A stretch of DNA of 64,000 nt from assembly GCA_035490535.1 (NCBI GenBank), contig DATHCP010000087.1, forward strand, positions 32,665 through 96,664, read 5' to 3'. This stretch comes from Actinomycetota bacterium. Its GTDB lineage: Bacteria; Actinomycetota; UBA4738; HRBIN12. The translations under genes and the position numbers were made by a program. This document shows positions 63,235-64,000 of this stretch, piece by piece. A model generated the notes under the pieces. The model had not been told where the DNA came from. It did not search any database and saw only the letters and a program-made list of their open reading frames with translations. Position 1 is the stretch's first letter. Each line of letters begins with the position of its first letter.

Positions 63235-64000
63235 GGTCGTTGCAGGCCCGGTTCCGCCGGGACACGGCCGGCGCCGTCGCCGGCTTGAGCGTCGCGACCG
63301 CGATCGGCCAGGGCCTGAGCCTCCTGGCGGCGCCGATCCTGGCTCGCCTCGTCTCGCCGGCAGACTTCGCCGTGTTCGGTGTCTACATCGCGTTGTTCTC
63401 CTGGCTCGCCTCGATCGTGTGCTTGCGGTACGAGCAGGCGATCGTGCTGCCGGCCGATGATGAGGACGGCGCCGGCGTGTTCTCCCTCGCGCTGCTCTCG
63501 GCGGTCGCGGTCTCGGCCTGTGCCCTCGTGCTGGTGATCGGGTTCGGCGCCCCGATCTCCCGGGCCCTCGGGGTGCCGTCCCTGCACGGGCTGCTCCCCC
63601 TGCTGCCGGTCGGGCTCCTGGCGACGGGGGCCGTCGTCGCGATGAACTATCTCGCCTTGCGCCGCAAGACGTACGGCCCGGTGATGCGCTCGAAGATCGC
63701 GCAGGGCGTCGGCACGGCCGCCGGGCAGATCTCGTTGACGGCCGCCGGGATGGGTGGCCCGGGCCTGGTGGTAGGCGACGTGATCGGACGGATCACCGGG
63801 GTCCTCCCGTACCTGCGCCTCCACGGTCTGGTCGATGCGATCCGGAGCGCCTCGACCGATCAGATCCGTCGCCTGGCGCGCCGTTACCGTCGGTTCCCGC
63901 TGATCTCGGGACCGTCGTCGCTGATCAACAGCGCGGGGCTGGTGGCGCCGGTCCTGCTGCTGACGGCGCTGTTCGGGGCGCGGGTCGGCGGCCTCTACAC
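63231..64000 (+). CDS. polysaccharide/O-antigen flippase (Wzx, MOP superfamily), 3' end outside window
   Basis: Not in the ORF track because it has no stop. ATG 63231 is in an ATGA overlap. My translation MRSLQARFRRDTAGAVAGLSVATAIGQGLSLLAAPILARLVSPADFAVFGVYIALFSWLASIVCLRYEQAIV... is a typical Wzx N-terminus with successive TM spans. Confidence 0.7.
   Translation, partial: MRSLQARFRRDTAGAVAGLSVATAIGQGLSLLAAPILARLVSPADFAVFGVYIALFSWLASIVCLRYEQAIVLPADDEDGAGVFSLALLSAVAVSACALVLVIGFGAPISRALGVPSLHGLLPLLPVGLLATGAVVAMNYLALRRKTYGPVMRSKIAQGVGTAAGQISLTAAGMGGPGLVVGDVIGRITGVLPYLRLHGLVDAIRSASTDQIRRLARRYRRFPLISGPSSLINSAGLVAPVLLLTALFGARVGGLY

Overview
Very GC-rich bacterial chromosomal segment; third codon positions are almost all G/C. 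Several hallmarks look like Actinomycetota: a WS/DGAT wax-ester synthase, an MsiK-type sugar ATPase, a SigA/SigB-like sigma factor, many leaderless-looking starts and pervasive ATGA/GTGA gene junctions. The taxonomic call is inference only. I support about 60 protein genes and one tRNA. I saw no rRNA, CRISPR array, transposase or integrase. Left to right: (1) methyltransferase plus two GT4 glycosyltransferases; (2) a metal (Zn/Mn-type) ABC uptake operon ending in a Fur-family regulator, a small lipoprotein and a CPBP protease; (3) a solute-binding protein, a hypothetical protein and a 1220-aa polytopic membrane-MFS fusion, followed by a hydrolase, an EamA transporter and an AlaX-like protein; (4) a Tat-signal cupredoxin/beta-helix/PLDc_N protein back-to-back with WS/DGAT; (5) sigma factor and GH9 cellulase; (6) a PlsC-MFS-lipoprotein operon; (7) an M20 peptidase coupled to an orphan PAS histidine kinase; (8) a ~17.5-kb amino-sugar/glycoside utilisation locus (27385-44956), with two GH4 enzymes, CE4 deacetylase, SIS protein, two BadF-type kinases, DegT aminotransferase, a DSD1-type PLP enzyme, RidA, KdgK, Eda, ROK regulator and ABC importer; (9) Ppx; (10) tRNA-Sec(UCA) directly upstream of a GMC oxidoreductase; (11) a six-gene minus-strand cluster: XRE, an active and a ligand-less M15-type paralog, a MoaD/ThiS-like GG protein, a BNR propeller and a small protein; (12) a Wbp-like UDP-diacetamido-uronic-acid glycan cluster that runs off the right end. 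Best candidates for new biology are the MoaD-like/BNR/M15 cluster, the predicted glucosaminate-type branch into KDG/KDPG with its twice-used 13-bp palindrome, and the two unusual fusion proteins. Also worth a look are the overlapping divergent leaderless promoters and three genes that appear to need near-cognate (ACG/ATC) start codons. All functional calls come from reading motifs by eye; no database search was possible.
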